Notes: a model not told the origin generated them from the letters alone. Shown: positions 21,165 to 35,200, counted from the first letter of the whole stretch. The stretch is DNA of 53,128 nt, filler included, from Squatina squatina (GCA_031763465.1; 2 parts of 2 records of this genome joined end to end with filler, not necessarily neighbours in it), one strand, 5' to 3'. Translations and numbers: made by a program.

Positions 21165-24100
21165 NNNNNNNNNNNNNNNNNNNNNNNNNNNNNNNNNNNN
21201 NNNNNNNNNNNNNNNNNNNNNNNNNNNNNNNNNNNNNNNNNNNNNNNNNNNNNNNNNNNNNNNNGCAAACACTTTCTGGGCTAGGAAGCACTCAGGGCCC
21301 TATTGCTCCCGTTTCTTAACTCCATGGCGTTGCATGTCAAAGCTGCATCAAATTCTTCAGCAATTGTGATCTCTCTGGTAAAATCACCCTCCCAACCTGC
21401 TTATTTTTGCTTTCCTATTGTGGTTCAGTTTGCAAAATCATTTCCCTGTGGCTAAATGGCTCCTAAGTGAAATAGCCTGCAATGAAAATGTCACTCTGCC
21501 ATGCCAACAAGAATCCATAATCCAAGCAATCAAAAATAAAAGAATATTAGCTTATTAAAATGAGATTCGCCGCAAAATATTTGCAGAGTAATGCATGCTG
21601 CTATTAAAGTCGATGAAAGAATAATTATCATTGCTGCATTAAAAGACAAAAATAGATTGGCAATGACAATTTAATGGTTGCTTCAAAGGAAACTATTATG
21701 GTGCACAGAGCATTTTTCAACAGAATCTATTACAATACTTAGTGTGAAGCTCAGACCATTACAGAATACTGTAGACTCGGTACAACTTAATTAAAATAGG
21801 TTTAGGTCAGGAATTTGTATAATGGCAGACACCCTAATGCCTCAATAATAAACATATGGATGGCTTAATGCCTGCACACAGTGTGCAGTGCTTATAAATT
21901 GATTGTCTCTTTAGGTATTCTGGAATTGTTATTCCCCGAGGCTCAAGAAACCCACCTAGGGGAAATTTGTATACAACATATGGCTCACTGCAGATGCGGG
22001 AGCTTGCCTTGTGCAGGGTGGATGAGAAAGATGAATTTCAAGCATCTTCAGACACATGCCTGTTTCAAAAGTATTAATCAGTGCTTTCAGAAGGCAGCGT
22101 TGCTGCAAGGTATCTCCTTTTGTTGACTTAATCGTAAAGAACAATGTTGAGTTTCGAAACTGTGGATACANNNNNNNNNNNNNNNNNNNNNNNNNNNNNN
22201 NNNNNNNNNNNNNNNNNNNNNNNNNNNNNNNNNNNNNNNNNNNNNNNNNNNNNNNNNNNNNNNNNNNNNNCTGAAATTGGCACGTTTTTTAAAGTTTTCT
22301 GAATTTTTTTTTCTAAGTGTCAAATTGCAGGCCTGAAAGTGAAATTTCAAAGACCTGAACTTAGCGCTCCCCAATTCGTTCCTTAGCGCCAGAAACTCAG
22401 GGCAGTCTAATTGGCCGCCCTCCTGAGGCATGTTCCTATTTCTAAGTTAGCATGTGCTAAAACATATTAAAGTTGACACAAAACGTTGGCAGTATATGAT
22501 CTCAGTNNNNNNNNNNGGCAAGTTTCGAGAGCCAAAAAGCATGTCTCTACAAATGGTTGAATTTTATCCAATTCTATAGTAATAGGTCTTTACAATCCGA
22601 AAATTTATCAACATCAAAAATGCAGAGACTTGAACGTCTCCATTCAAGTATACCATAATTTCTCTTCTGTTACAGACAGAAGGAATTAAATAATATTTGA
22701 CATGTGCCTTGTTTGAAGCATCTTCATAATGCTCCTCAGATCAACATTTATTCTTTGCGTGATCTGAATATTTGTCTTCTAATATCTCTGGACAATATTT
22801 CATTGATAGTTTCCTCTGCAGACACCATGCAGGACAATCACATCTCTGTGCCTTTCACCTATTCTACCAGAAATCTTCAATTAGAAGAGATTAGATTTAC
22901 GAAAAAGATTGTTAAGGAGCCCCAGTTTAACAAAACAGCCATTTTTGTTGTTAACTCTGAGTAGCGGTCACATGCCACCACATCTTAAAGAGCCAGGTGA
23001 ACGGCATTTTAGCTTTGGATCAGACTCTCATCAAAAAGTGAAACAGCGCAATCTGTAATCATGCACTTTGAATGACCTTTACGGATTTCAAGTGCGCNNN
23101 NNNNNNNNNNNNNNNNNNNNNNNNNNNNNNNNNNNNNNNNNNNNNNNNNNNNNNNNNNNNNNNNNNNNNNNNNNNNNNNNNNNNNNNNNNNNNNNNNGAG
23201 TCTTCAGTGCCAGATGGAGTAGGTCCCAGGCCACAACCTGTGGTAGCGGGCCAGATAGCTCCAGAACAAATACCCAACATGAGTGCATAGTACTGCTTAT
23301 CAGGTTAGCAATCCGTCCAGCAGAAAGAGTCCTGTGCCATCTTTTCCCTGTGGGCCACAAAGCAGACAGACATCGGCAGCACTTGCTTTTCCTGGGAACT
23401 GGGGCAATCTTTCTTTTCGTTCTTTTCTCAGCACGGGCTGATAGCAACGATTCAGAAAGCAAGAACTCCGCTGGTGTCGTCAGGTACAGTGTGGGCAGGC
23501 TTGCAAATGGTCGCTGCCAATTGTTGCTTATAAAACATGAATGGCTACATCTGTTGCAATATCCCCCATTGTCAATCTGCCTTACCCTTTGTGTACAAAA
23601 TGCTGGAACGACGAACCACGCTACCTTTGGCAGTATATCTTGAGAATGCAGCTACGCTGAAAGAACATTCCTTTAAAATATATACTGCCTAAAACTACAG
23701 CTCCAATGCATCTAATGCAAAGAATATTTGCAATTTACTTCCTTAGCAGAAAACACAAGAACAAATTTTGCCTAGACAATGACTTGTAGGGTGAGTTTCC
23801 ATGCACTGGTTCCTTAAATAGGTTACGTTTATATATTTGTTTTCGAGCAGAAAGATGCTTTGCGAGGCTAAGTTGGATATTTAGATGCGAACGAGTTACA
23901 TGCTGCCTCACATCTGCCTAATTGGCCTTGAAATATATTTGCTGAATGCTCTCAGGGAGTTGCTTTTATGATCAAGCTGAATAAAGTCAGAAAAGTTCAA
24001 ATAAAGCTGAATCTTTCCAGCTCATATTACTCATTTGGCATAAATCAGTGCCAGAGCTAGCTACCTGTCCATATGTTTTGCTAATCCCTGGGAGATCACT

Positions 24101-24500
24101 AAACTCTCGCAGGATACATAGACCCCATTGTGGGGTGTGCTGGCATCCTTCTTTATGACAAATTAGGTAACTGGTCTCACATAATGTCTTAACAGATTTT
24201 AAGATCAGGCCAGGACCACAAAATACTTATTAACTTTTGAGTGCGCTGGTTACTGGGAAGTTGTGGGTTACCTTACACACACTGGTGTTATTTTCACGAG
24301 CCTCCTCGGGTTATTCACACCAATTAAAAAGACAAATAGNNNNNNNNNNNNNNNNNNNNNNNNNNNNNNNNNNNNNNNNNNNNNNNNNNNNNNNNNNNNN
24401 NNNNNNNNNNNNNNNNNNNNNNNNNNNNNNNNNNNNNNNCCCGCCCCTGATCAATTTTAACACTTTGTGAAAGAAACCCCTCCCTGTTTGCTGCTCCTAT

Positions 24501-24892
24501 AGTCATGGTTCAGTGGGGAGCACTCCTGCACTGATTCATGAATAGTCCTGGGTTCAAGCCCCACTTCAGAGACTTGAGCACCGACACGCCAGTGCTGCAC
24601 TGCCCGAGGTGCAGTCTTTCCATTAAGGCGCTAGACCGCCATCCCATCTGCCCTTAAAGACCCCATGGCACTGTTTCGAAGAAGAATTTTTCAGGGTGTT
24701 GTGACCAACATTTATCCCTCAGCCAGCATCAATAGAACAGATTAACTGCTGTTTGGGGAAGCTACTGCACAAACTGACTGCTACCTCCCCTGCATTACAA
24801 CAGTGACCACACTTCCAAAGTGACGATAAAGCGCTTTGGGACGTCCTGAGCTTGTGAAAAGCGCTATATAAATGCAAGTTCTTCCTTTCTTT
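24501..24892 (+). mobile_element. SacSINE1-like Deu-SINE, near full length
   Basis: A box TGGTTCAGTGG at 24506-24516, B box GGTTCAAGCC at 24551-24560, central domain, tail aaagcgctttgggacgtcctgag...gcgctatataaatgcaagtt. Confidence 0.85.
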
Positions 24893-25211
24893 GAAACCTG
24901 CGGAACTACAGTCAGCTCTGACTCAGAAACTCAATGGGATCACATCTGTTGCGGTGGCTGGAAGAGATGGTTACTCATCCGATGAGGCCTGTTGAATATT
25001 TTACACTGGTGGTACCATTAATCAAATTCTCTTCACTTATCACAAATTCTACAGTGGTAAGTGGTAAGAACAGCTGTTGTACAATTTATGTGCTTACTTA
25101 ATAATAGTAATTAAAAAAAGATAAATGGAAATAATTTTTTGTTCTTAGTTTGGCTGAAGCTTAGTAGGTTTCATTAATCACAAAATCACCCAACCAGGTT
25201 TCAGAGACAGT

Positions 25212-25470
25212 GGGGTTGAAATTGCCCTGTTTTGCGACTCCCATTAATGCAAATGGGGTGTGAAATTGTTTTCGCTGGGAGGGGGCCCTAGCACCTCCTG
25301 CGAAATTGCATGGGAGTTAGCAGCAACGTCGCGCTCCGCCGGTAGCGCCCCGGGCAGCTGCACAATCGGCGACGATGATATCGCCTTGCACAGTGACCCC
25401 TTAGTTCCACGCACCGACCACTTTCCGTCCCGCAGTGGAAATTTGCCAGTCCCTGCAAGGCTGCTGCGAG
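25212..25470. mobile_element. GC/CpG-rich MITE left end
   Basis: agt|ggggttgaaattgccc followed by CpG-rich short palindromes, running into a gap. Confidence 0.55.
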
Positions 25471-26724
25471 NNNNNNNNNNNNNNNNNNNNNNNNNNNNNN
25501 NNNNNNNNNNNNNNNNNNNNNNNNNNNNNNNNNNNNNNNNNNNNNNNNNNNNNNNNNNNNNNNNNNNNNNGGGATGAAAATACTTGATTCTGCAGTGTAT
25601 CTCGCAGATGGAGACACTTGTGTGGGAACTTTGCCATGATCTAAATGGCAGACATTGATCTTCAAGAATATGCCACCATATATGACTCATAGTGGGGTGA
25701 ACCCTTTTTACAAAAATGAACATACTTTGCTAATGCTTGTGTAATGCACACATTCCCTGAAGAGTTTTACAATGCACCAAGTATTCTAAAGGGGCAGGAC
25801 TGGTACTTCCAGTTGCCTGCAACTTAAATTTTCCAGGAAGATGCAAGATGGCCTGGATCTGCAAACTGAAGCAGAAGAGCAGCAGTTGACAGAATCAGCA
25901 AGTAGTGTGCAGTCATCCCATTCACCTCTGCCACTTTTATAATACAGTATTGGTAGTGTTTCTACTCGTGTCTCGTGTTTATATGGAACAGCTTTGAATC
26001 CTAAGGGGGTAAGAGTGTAGACTACAGACATGCTTTGCCTACTATGTTCTCGTGATGAGTGAAACCATTTTTGAAAACTAATAGCACAATTTTACCCATA
26101 TTGTTGATGATGAATAGGTGCTGGATGATCAGGTAATGTGAGTTCATAAGGCGACATAAAGTAAAATGCAAGTGAGCAATTTGAATATTGGAGGTGTACA
26201 GTTCTGTGAAAGCTAATTTTAATGCCATTATTTTCACACATTTCTGCCTGGCACCTTACGTGTGTGGGTCTGCATTATTCCAATGCTTCATTTACCCAAT
26301 TCAAATCGTAACTGCTAGCTCTGCAGGTGGAGCATTTAAAATAATTATCTTCCCTATAAACGCTTTATCCCATGATAACAGCTCTGATTCCATTGGGGTC
26401 CCCCTAATCCAGCTGCAGGGCAAACTAACATGTTGTAAATACATAAATAGACATGGAATTGGGAGAAGGCAATGATCATAGAGGCAATTTAGATCGTGNN
26501 NNNNNNNNNNNNNNNNNNNNNNNNNNNNNNNNNNNNNNNNNNNNNNNNNNNNNNNNNNNNNNNNNNNNNNNNNNNNNNNNNNNNNNNNNNNNNNNNNNTC
26601 CCTGGGAACCAGGGGAACAAGCAGGAGCACAGCTGCAGGCCAGAGATGTTCTATTCTTGGGAGAGCAGCAGTCACAAAGTCCCAGGCCCCACACAAAGAG
26701 ATTTGGAACTCTTTCCCCCAATAG

Positions 26725-26863
26725 GCAGTGGATGCTGTGGGAAAATTAGAGCTTTCAAGACTGAGATCAATAGATTTTCATTAGATAAGGGCATCAAGGG
26801 ATAGGAAGCAGAGGCAGGTAGGTGGAGTTGAGGAGCAGATCAGCCATGATATAATTGAATGGT
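26725..26863 (+). mobile_element. CR1 LINE 3' end fragment
   Basis: AFKTEINRFSLDKGIKG then cagatcagccatgatataattgaatgg. Confidence 0.78.
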
Positions 26864-27206
26864 TTAGGGAAGTCAAAAACTGACTTTCTTCTGTGCTGTT
26901 CCTCATTAGTTGCTCCCAGCTGCCAGCCACCCACCGGCCCCCCACAGCCCCCAAACCTTCTGACCAAGAAAAGTCCCAGCTTAAGTTCAACCATCATCAT
27001 TATGCAGCATTTCACACCAGATTTCCCTACAGCTAATGTTCAACTGAGCAACCAGCCAGAAAAGAGCCGCAATAATGATGCTAATTCACCTGTTTATTTC
27101 CCTCAATAGGCACATTAATGCTATAAATAATGCTCAGTGCATTGATCTGGCTGTGAAATGTGTAAATTAGAAGGAGGTCAGACATAGAAAGGCTTGATAG
27201 ACTGAG

Positions 27207-27556
27207 GAAAGGAAAAGATGGGCATTTATATAGCCCATTTCATGACATCAGGATTCCCCAGAACTCTTCACAGTCAATGATGTTCTTTTGAAGTATAGTC
27301 ACTGTTGTAATGTGAGAAACATGGCAGTGAGTTCATGACCAGATCATTTGTTTTAGTGATGATGGTTGAAGGATAAATGTTGGCCAGGACACTGGGCAGA
27401 ACTCCCCTGCTCTTCATTGAATAGCATCATGGGATCTTTTACATCCACTTGAGAGGGCAGACAGTTTAACATCTCATCTGAAAGACAGCTCCTGCGACAG
27501 CACAGCCTCAAGTACCAGCCTAGATTATTGGCTCAAATCTGTTGTGGGGCTTTAAG

Positions 27557-27588
<32 letters not shown>

Positions 27589-27610
27589 CTGCTGCAGAGC
27601 CAAGGCTGAC
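27207..27610 (-). mobile_element. SacSINE1-like Deu-SINE, near full length
   Basis: Reverse complement of the 24501 copy: gcatttatatagc...gaaggataaatgttggccagg...ccttctgactcagaggcaagagtgc. Confidence 0.82.
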
Positions 27611-29679
27611 ACAGTTTAAACTACAACTGTGGTAAACACACATACATACTGGACCCGAGACTATCCCCTGATCAATGTCACAGGCGATCCAGCAGTACCT
27701 CTTTAAAATTAAGCGTACGGATTGATAACCTACCAGCTCCAACTAAACATTGTTACAAAGCAGTGTTGCGACAGCACTGAATTGCTGGAGGGCAGATGAA
27801 CGTCACTGTAGAGTTTTCCCAGAATTTCATTGAATGTTATCCAGGACATTTCATGTGTTTGAACTAACTTAGCTTTCTGCCTAAGTTCAGGCTGCGAAAT
27901 ACTGCGTAAAATCACCTCATTGCTCGTATATATAGAAAAGGATAGAAAATTTAAACAGAGGAGAATGAAACCAGGTGTCCGTAAGGGTTTGAGGCACAGC
28001 AAGAAATCCTAAAACGAGAAAATCTGTAGTTACTGAGATGTTTTCAAGCAGAATTACATTTTTTGAAGTAGGTAGTTTGGATCCTGGCTCTTTTCAGAGC
28101 AGATTAGCGACCAAACCTCTTTTCTTTTGGCAACTTGTTATACAAAAGCAACAGTTATTGGAAATAGGCTATAAATTTGAATGCGGATCACCATAAAAAG
28201 AACCCCTATTGTGCTTTTTTTATACATGGGACCAAAGCCAAATTTATCCGCACCTGCTAGGTCGGTACAAGGCATTTTTAATTCCAGGATTGAATATAGA
28301 GCAACAGCAGCCAAACACATTCAGATACATGAATGGAGACAAATTGCCCACAGAACGATAGCATCAAGAAAATCATTAAATCGCTGCAAATCAGATTGCA
28401 AGTTTCACTTGATTACAGCCTACAACTTCCTCCCACATTAATATAAATTACACTTGTTTCACAATCGGATTTTTTTCTTTCCTGGATTTAATTCTCTGGG
28501 TAATTCTATTGGTGTCGCAGCACTGCATTTTCCAAGAGGTGTAAATATAATTTGAATACTAATGTTAGCTGGGGAGCTTTTATGTTGGGCTTTGTGATCC
28601 AATCAAGAATAAANNNNNNNNNNNNNNNNNNNNNNNNNNNNNNNNNNNNNNNNNNNNNNNNNNNNNNNNNNNNNNNNNNNNNNNNNNNNNNNNNNNNNNN
28701 NNNNNNNNNNNNNCTTCATTTCCATAATCCAAGGAAATTAATACTTTGTCCAGTCAATATTTTTACTAAAGGAGACTGAAGCTGTTTCGCTGTACACAAA
28801 TGAACATTGCATTGATATTCAGACAGCCTGCAGAGAGTGGGGTGTGGACTGATGCAGAATATTTCTGGGGGAATGAAACCAGCTGAAAGCTCCTTAGTGG
28901 CACACTGAACAGCAAAGGTGGCATTCGCAATATCAAGAACGTTTCACCTGAATGAGGCCAAGTTACTGTTTTAGTTTTGGCCGCCTTCGGTTTTTAATGC
29001 CTGTTGCATGCTCAATGACACAACCACCATTGAGATTAAAATAACCCTACTCTGAAAACACACAAGTCACCATTGCACCTTCAAATGTCACGAAAAAGGC
29101 TCCAGCTGTTTTCACTGCAAACATTTTGAACATCATTAACCTACAAAAAAAAAATCTGTTAAACAAGACAGTGATTGCTTGGAAAAAGTAAATTAGATAT
29201 GATTAAGTTACACAAACCATAAAAATAACTACAAAATCAAATATTTAGCATCCGAGTTGCCATATTTTTGTAACAAATGCCCTATTTAGGCCCACTTTGC
29301 TAGTCTCTTCCACCCTGCTCTATTATCATGCTTCATTTCTTTTCTGATAGTTCTCCTTGATAAATAATCTTTTTCACACATTTCAGCAGTTTGCAGTTTA
29401 TTATTATACATATATAACTGCAGATTAGCGGTTTGTTACCCGGGCATTTCACCAATGTCCATTTTAACACCCCTACCCCTTTTAAGGTAACGTCTGCATC
29501 ACACAATTTCATGATTGAGGCAGTAGGTAGCTCACTTAATCCCAGTAAGGAGCAATCAAAAATAAGCACAGTTGGCTTGAGTGCTTGTTCCTTCTTTGCC
29601 CCACCTTTAATATGGAAGCTCACCGTATGGAGAATCATTGTCTAGCCCTACCATCAGTCTTCATATTCATCGTATTCTG

Positions 29680-29779
29680 NNNNNNNNNNNNNNNNNNNNN
29701 NNNNNNNNNNNNNNNNNNNNNNNTTAATTAATTAANNNNNNNNNNNNNNNNNNNNNNNNNNNNNNNNNNNNNNNNNNNN
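29680..29779. other. Assembly spacer: 44 N + TTAATTAATTAA + 44 N
   Basis: The 12-mer at 29724-29735 is exactly centred in a 100-nt gap and has stops in all six frames. Confidence 0.85.
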
Positions 29780-30274
29780 AAAACTTCCATTTGTGTTGAC
29801 CCAAACAATGCTTGTGGCATTTTTCCAAATTGAAACCTCTATCCAGTAAGTTCAACATTTGTTTTGGTTTTAGCATGTTGGTATTTGTCTAATGGGGAAC
29901 CTAAATGCTAAAAATTACAGCACTTCACTAAAACCCAATTAATACATGTATCGTTCCTGTATTATTATTTCTTTAGTTGGAAAAACAATTCTGTCTTGGG
30001 TGTATTTGTGACTTTTAGCACCTTGTTTATCCTGTGAGAATTATGTTTATGAATGAGTGCAATCTAATTATACTTTTTGTTTATATAATTCTTCTTGTAT
30101 ATATGGAACCATAAAAGAATGATTTTGTGCTGTGAATCAAGCCTGTGCTCAGCCTGTTGTGCATCTGTTCTTGCTCAAGGAACACCATTTGAGCTTGCAC
30201 AGTCCATAACAGAAAATGAATATCCTCTTGAAGTAATAATCCTACACATGTGCTAGTTAAATCCAAAAGATGTT

Positions 30275-30484
30275 GGGCCTGAAGTCGCGGCCACTATGAG
30301 GTGCGCCCGTGCCTGTCGGGGTCATGCAAGTTCCAGGGTTAGGGATGAAGCGCATGCGTCTAAACTGCGGTCTGTCAAGAATTCCCAGGACAGATCGCAC
30401 GCATCCCCGGGAGAAGGGTCTCCGTGGGTAAAGAGTTGGGATATTTGCCCAACTCCTGCCCAGTGAGTACCCTTCAAATTTGTA
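30275..30484 (-). mobile_element. Hairpin-chain non-autonomous DNA transposon, copy 4 (reverse orientation)
   Basis: gggcctgaagtcgcggcc terminus; gcaagttccagggttagggatg, tctgtcaaga...gacagatcgcacgc and ttgggatatttgcccaactcctgcccag match copies 1-3. Confidence 0.75.
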
Positions 30485-30584
30485 NNNNNNNNNNNNNNNN
30501 NNNNNNNNNNNNNNNNNNNNNNNNNNNNNNNNNNNNNNNNNNNNNNNNNNNNNNNNNNNNNNNNNNNNNNNNNNNNNNNNNNNN

Positions 30585-30700
30585 CACATTTTACGTCCCT
30601 CTGTCTCCCTGCATTTGTTCCCATCCCCCTGCCATATTAGTTTAAACCCTCCCCAACAGCAGTAGCAAACACTCCCCCCAGGACATTGGTTCCAGTCCTG
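30585..30700 (-). mobile_element. CR1 LINE ORF1 end / ORF2 start fragment
   Basis: RTGTNVLGGVFATAVGEGLN* followed by IWQGDGN, typical of shark CR1 ORF1 (esterase) C-termini (recalled). Confidence 0.65.
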
Positions 30701-32289
30701 CCCATTTTGAACCATTGTTACTGCAGTTGGCACTCGCTCTGTTACAGTCAGAGTGTAATGCAGCATAGTGAAGTGATCGTAATTTAATGTTTAATACGGG
30801 GAGAATAATGTTGTATCAATCCTACAGAGAAACTATTTATTGGCTGGTCTTGGCAGCAGTTGCATTATTGAGGAAAAGTTTTGAAGATCATTTCATCCTA
30901 CACACACGCTGCCATTTCACTCGCAGCCCATTTTCAAAGAAACACAAAGCTAATTTCAAAGCTGGAAAGAGTATTGTTATTTTATTCTGTATTTTAAACT
31001 TTTACATCTTTTAAAAATAGATAATATAACTTTCAAGTGTGCAATTTTCTGTACATTTCAAATGATATCTGAAAAATACAAACTGTGTTATATATTTTAA
31101 AATTGATTATGGAGAAACTGGTAATTATTTTAGTTAAACAATGGCACACAGCAACATGTACCCAAAGATAGAAATATTGACATATTTTTGTTTGAGAGAG
31201 TTTATTCGTATCATCTTTTGTCAATATTTTTCTATTTGCCATATCACTGATCATTTATCACAGGCTTGTTGCTGACTTTATCACAATGAGAGTACCATAT
31301 TAGCTCTTTTGGAACAGAGCATTTATTCATCACTCCATTTAGTGATCTCGCAAAGGACTGGGCTTGCAATTTATTGTATTAATTAAGATGAATATGAATC
31401 TCCAGAGATGTATTTCTGCCAAGTCCAGTGTAGTTCCAGACTGTCCACCTGGCTGTGCCCATCTTCCATAAGCATAACACGCTCCATTAGGCCATTAAGG
31501 TCACTGAAGAGCTTGAGTTATAACTCAGAAAAGATTTCAGATAGATAAACATTTTTTTCTTTACCAGCCGATCTCATCTTTAGTGCTGGCCTTTGTCCTA
31601 AGCACAGCCTGGTTCATTCAGAAAGATTCTACACAGGATGTCTAAACAAACGGCTTTTAAAGAGTTTCTAAGACCCATAATTTAATGAAAATAAACATGA
31701 CATATCTCACAATGTATATATAATCAGATACCAAGAAATGTTTTCACAACTAACCAGAACTAACTGTACAGTAGAGTCGTTCTGTTTTTTCTCACCACCA
31801 TCTATGTATACAAAAATAAAGCGTATCGATGATATTAAGCATACTAAGCAATCCTTAATAACAATAGTTTCATAGATATTGATGTCACTCAACAATGGAT
31901 TATTGCATCAAGTCTAACATGCAGTTTCCATTCTCAGTACTGGAAGAAGTCTTTAGTTGCAGAGATACAATTACTTATTCATTGTGGTTTAGGGAGTTTA
32001 CTGTGTTTATGGCACAGCTATAACTAGGTAACTGTAGCCCTCAACCATTATAGGATATTCTGTCAATCTGGTTCAACATATGACCGACAACATCATTGTC
32101 ATCTTTTTCTGACAAAGTGAGCTAAAAGGATCTTTGTTTGTGACAGCTGTCAGATCAATTATTCGCACAACAGAAAGTTTCACTTAACTNNNNNNNNNNN
32201 NNNNNNNNNNNNNNNNNNNNNNNNNNNNNNNNNNNNNNNNNNNNNNNNNNNNNNNNNNNNNNNNNNNNNNNNNNNNNNNNNNNNNNNNN

Positions 32290-32430
32290 GGTCCCAGCAC
32301 TGAGCCTTGCGGTACCCAACTAAGAAGTGCCTTGAAGGAGGAGAGAGTGTTAGAGAGGCGGAGAGAATTCCAAGAGCTTAAGGCCTTGGCAGCTGAAGGC
32401 ATGGCCGTCAGTGATGGAGCAATTAAAATC
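32290..32430 (-). mobile_element. L2 C-terminal fragment (32322-32430) joined to a CR1 RT fragment (32290-32321)
   Basis: Minus-strand ORF ...WNSLRLSNTLSSFKALL|SWVPQGSVLG. Confidence 0.65.
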
Positions 32431-32840
32431 CACAGCTATCCAGTTTCTTTTCAAATCACTCCACCTGTGCTTTTAGTTGTTAGCTCATTTTGACTTTTTG
32501 TACTAACTCAATGTTCTTTGACGAAGCAATGAAAATCTTTGGTTCCATGGTTCAGAGAGTTTCTTCATGTCTCTCAAGTCCAATCGCCTCCTTGCACCTT
32601 AGCTCCAACTTTAATCCTTGAAATCTATTAACATTCTTGACCTCACCATTTCCCCTGATCTCAGATGAGACCTTCACATCACCTCCATTGCTAAAGCAGA
32701 CTTCAAGAAGTTGCATTTCCTCTTTTGGGCCAGATACACCCTTGCCCCTCAACCATTATTGACTCTTCACTATTTTACAAATGTATGGTGTTGAAATTCA
32801 AACACATAACACCAGACTAAAATTTTTCCCAGTACTACTC

Positions 32841-32946
32841 AGGAATAGGGAAGCTAAAGTAAACGTTGGTCCCTTAGAGGATGAGACAGGGGAAATTATA
32901 ATGGGAAACAAAGAAATGGCAGAGACTTTGAACACATATTTTATAT
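32841..32946 (+). mobile_element. CR1 LINE ORF2 inter-domain fragment
   Basis: AKVNVGPLEDETGEIIMGNKEMAETLNTYF. Confidence 0.82.
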
Positions 32947-34875
32947 NNNNNNNNNNNNNNNNNNNNNNNNNNNNNNNNNNNNNNNNNNNNNNNNNNNNNN
33001 NNNNNNNNNNNNNNNNNNNNNNNNNNNNNNNNNNNNNNNNNNNNNNGCACATTCAGCGGGGAGTCTTACTGCCAATTAGAAAATAAAAGTCTGATGGGTG
33101 ATAAGCTCCGTTTCCCATCTCCCAAGTGTGGTCGTGTTCATTTAGATCAGAAGAAAAGCAGCCTTGACTAAATTTTGTGTATTGAATTATATTTTAAGTC
33201 AGTTGGTTTGAATTTACTGTTTGACTTTTCTACTGCTGATGAAATGTGCTGATGGAATCAGACTTAAACAATGAAATTAGTCAAATTTTGATCCTTTCAA
33301 ATTAAATAGAACAACTTCAATTTGGTGCTTGTTCCTGATTAAGGGGCATACATATTATAGCAAGTCAGTTATATACTTCAGAGAGGACAGTAATTGCCAA
33401 TGCTCCTACAAGTTTCTGTATAAAACTGAATGAATTCAATATTAATCAATTTAGATACAACTCGACTGTAGGCTTTCTAGACATTACTGTCTTGATTGTG
33501 AAAAATATACTGTGTAATTAATGAAGGAATACAAACGTTTTAACAGTTTAAATTCTGAGAAATGTTAATGAATTACATATCTAATTATGCAAACAAACCC
33601 TTTAACATGTTTAAAAAGGAAAGTAAATGAAACCTGACTGCTAAAAATATGCTTGGTTTATTAGCCAGTGGGAACTTTAATGCTACCTTAATTCTGCACT
33701 TCTTTTGAATTAAATTTATGCTTCATGTCACACCTTTTTTCTATCACAGAGATAATGGTGCAATTTTCTGATTTCACATCTTCATCAACATTACTTTAGT
33801 AGTTATGTCCTCATGAATTTATATAAGATAAACACATGAGCCAGTAGCTAACTGCAGTGCTCTGACATTTCTGATATCTCCCCATGCCCATGACCTTGGA
33901 AATCCTTTATCAAGTTAATGAGGTATTTAACTTCAAACCGTTCTTTAAGCAAATGGCTTCGTCATCTTTCACAATTCTGGAAGTGAGGAGCAACTTTATA
34001 ATTAATGTTTGGCGGAGAAAGAGATTAATATGATTCTAAGTTTGTTTAAAATTAAAAATTAATTTTCTTTTGGAGGTCAAGTAAAATTTGAAGTATCTAG
34101 TTGTCGTTTTCAGAGCAATGAGAATAAACTCATAGGAAGGCAGCACCCCTCAGTTGCTTATACTGATTAACAGACCAGCAATAGATGAATGTAACAAATG
34201 TACTCTCCCACTCTTACTTTGGTGGATTTTGTTGATCCCACAACAACAAAATCAAACATTTATATCTAATGTTGCTCAAAAATACCACTGCTGTTTTATC
34301 AGGGCATACCATGCAGATTGTTTAAATTGCAGGTTCTGACTGGAGTGATGAAGTGCTTAACACAGTAAGGAAAAATAGGGTTTGTCAAGGACCAATGCTC
34401 TCTCACAAGGTCTGCATAACCTGATAGACTAAAAAAAATATCGATCTTGAGCACAGATAGGAAAGTATTTCTCATTAGTTCCAATCAGGAGCAGTCGACT
34501 CAGTGCCTTTCTTGTCCCATCTGTACATATCAGTGGAGAGTAATTTATGCAAGCTGATCATTTGACTGAAAGAAGGACTATCTATCAACATTTGTAGCAT
34601 ATTATGGAGTCAATGTGCTCCCGTCAGGCGCTGGAGCCTCACTAGGGAAAAAAAGTCTGCATCAACTGAGGCTGAAGTGTACATTCAGGGAAATTATTTG
34701 ACTCTATTATACCTTGAGCTTAGAATGTCAGTCTAGGAGTTTTGTTCTGTTAATAATGATCTGAGAGCTTCCACTGAGGTAGGAAAAGTGCATTGACCTG
34801 CCATCCAGGGAGCTATAGGACAGAAGCTACCTTTGTCGACATTATTGTGTGAACACTTAACACATGCATATTGAA

Positions 34876-35200
34876 TTCCTAGGACCACTGCTTTTTTTGA
34901 TAAATATAAATGACTTGGATATTGGAGTACAGAGTAAAATTTCAAAACATACCAATGACACCAAACTTGGAGGTGTGGCAAACAGTGAGGATGATACCAA
35001 TCGACTTCAACAGGACATAGATAGGTTAGCAGAATGAGCAGACAAGTGGCAGATGGAATTTAATACAGAGAAATGTGAGATGATGCATTTTGGCAGAAGG
35101 GATAGTGAGAGGTAATATAGACTTGATGGCACAGTTCTAAAGAGTGTGCAGGGACAGAGTGACCTGGGGGTTCATGTGCATAGATCTTTGAAGGTGGCAG
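34876..35200 (+). mobile_element. CR1 LINE RT fragment
   Basis: LGPLLFLININDLD...NDTKLGG..NSEDD..RLQQDIDRLAE*ADKWQMEFNTEKCE.MHFG...DLGVHVHRSLKV. Confidence 0.88.

Noticed and set aside
25212-25470. CpG island or promoter (also 15908-16174 and 48088-48862)
   Set aside because: Short, bounded by MITE-type termini and adjacent to gaps; better explained as young transposon sequence.
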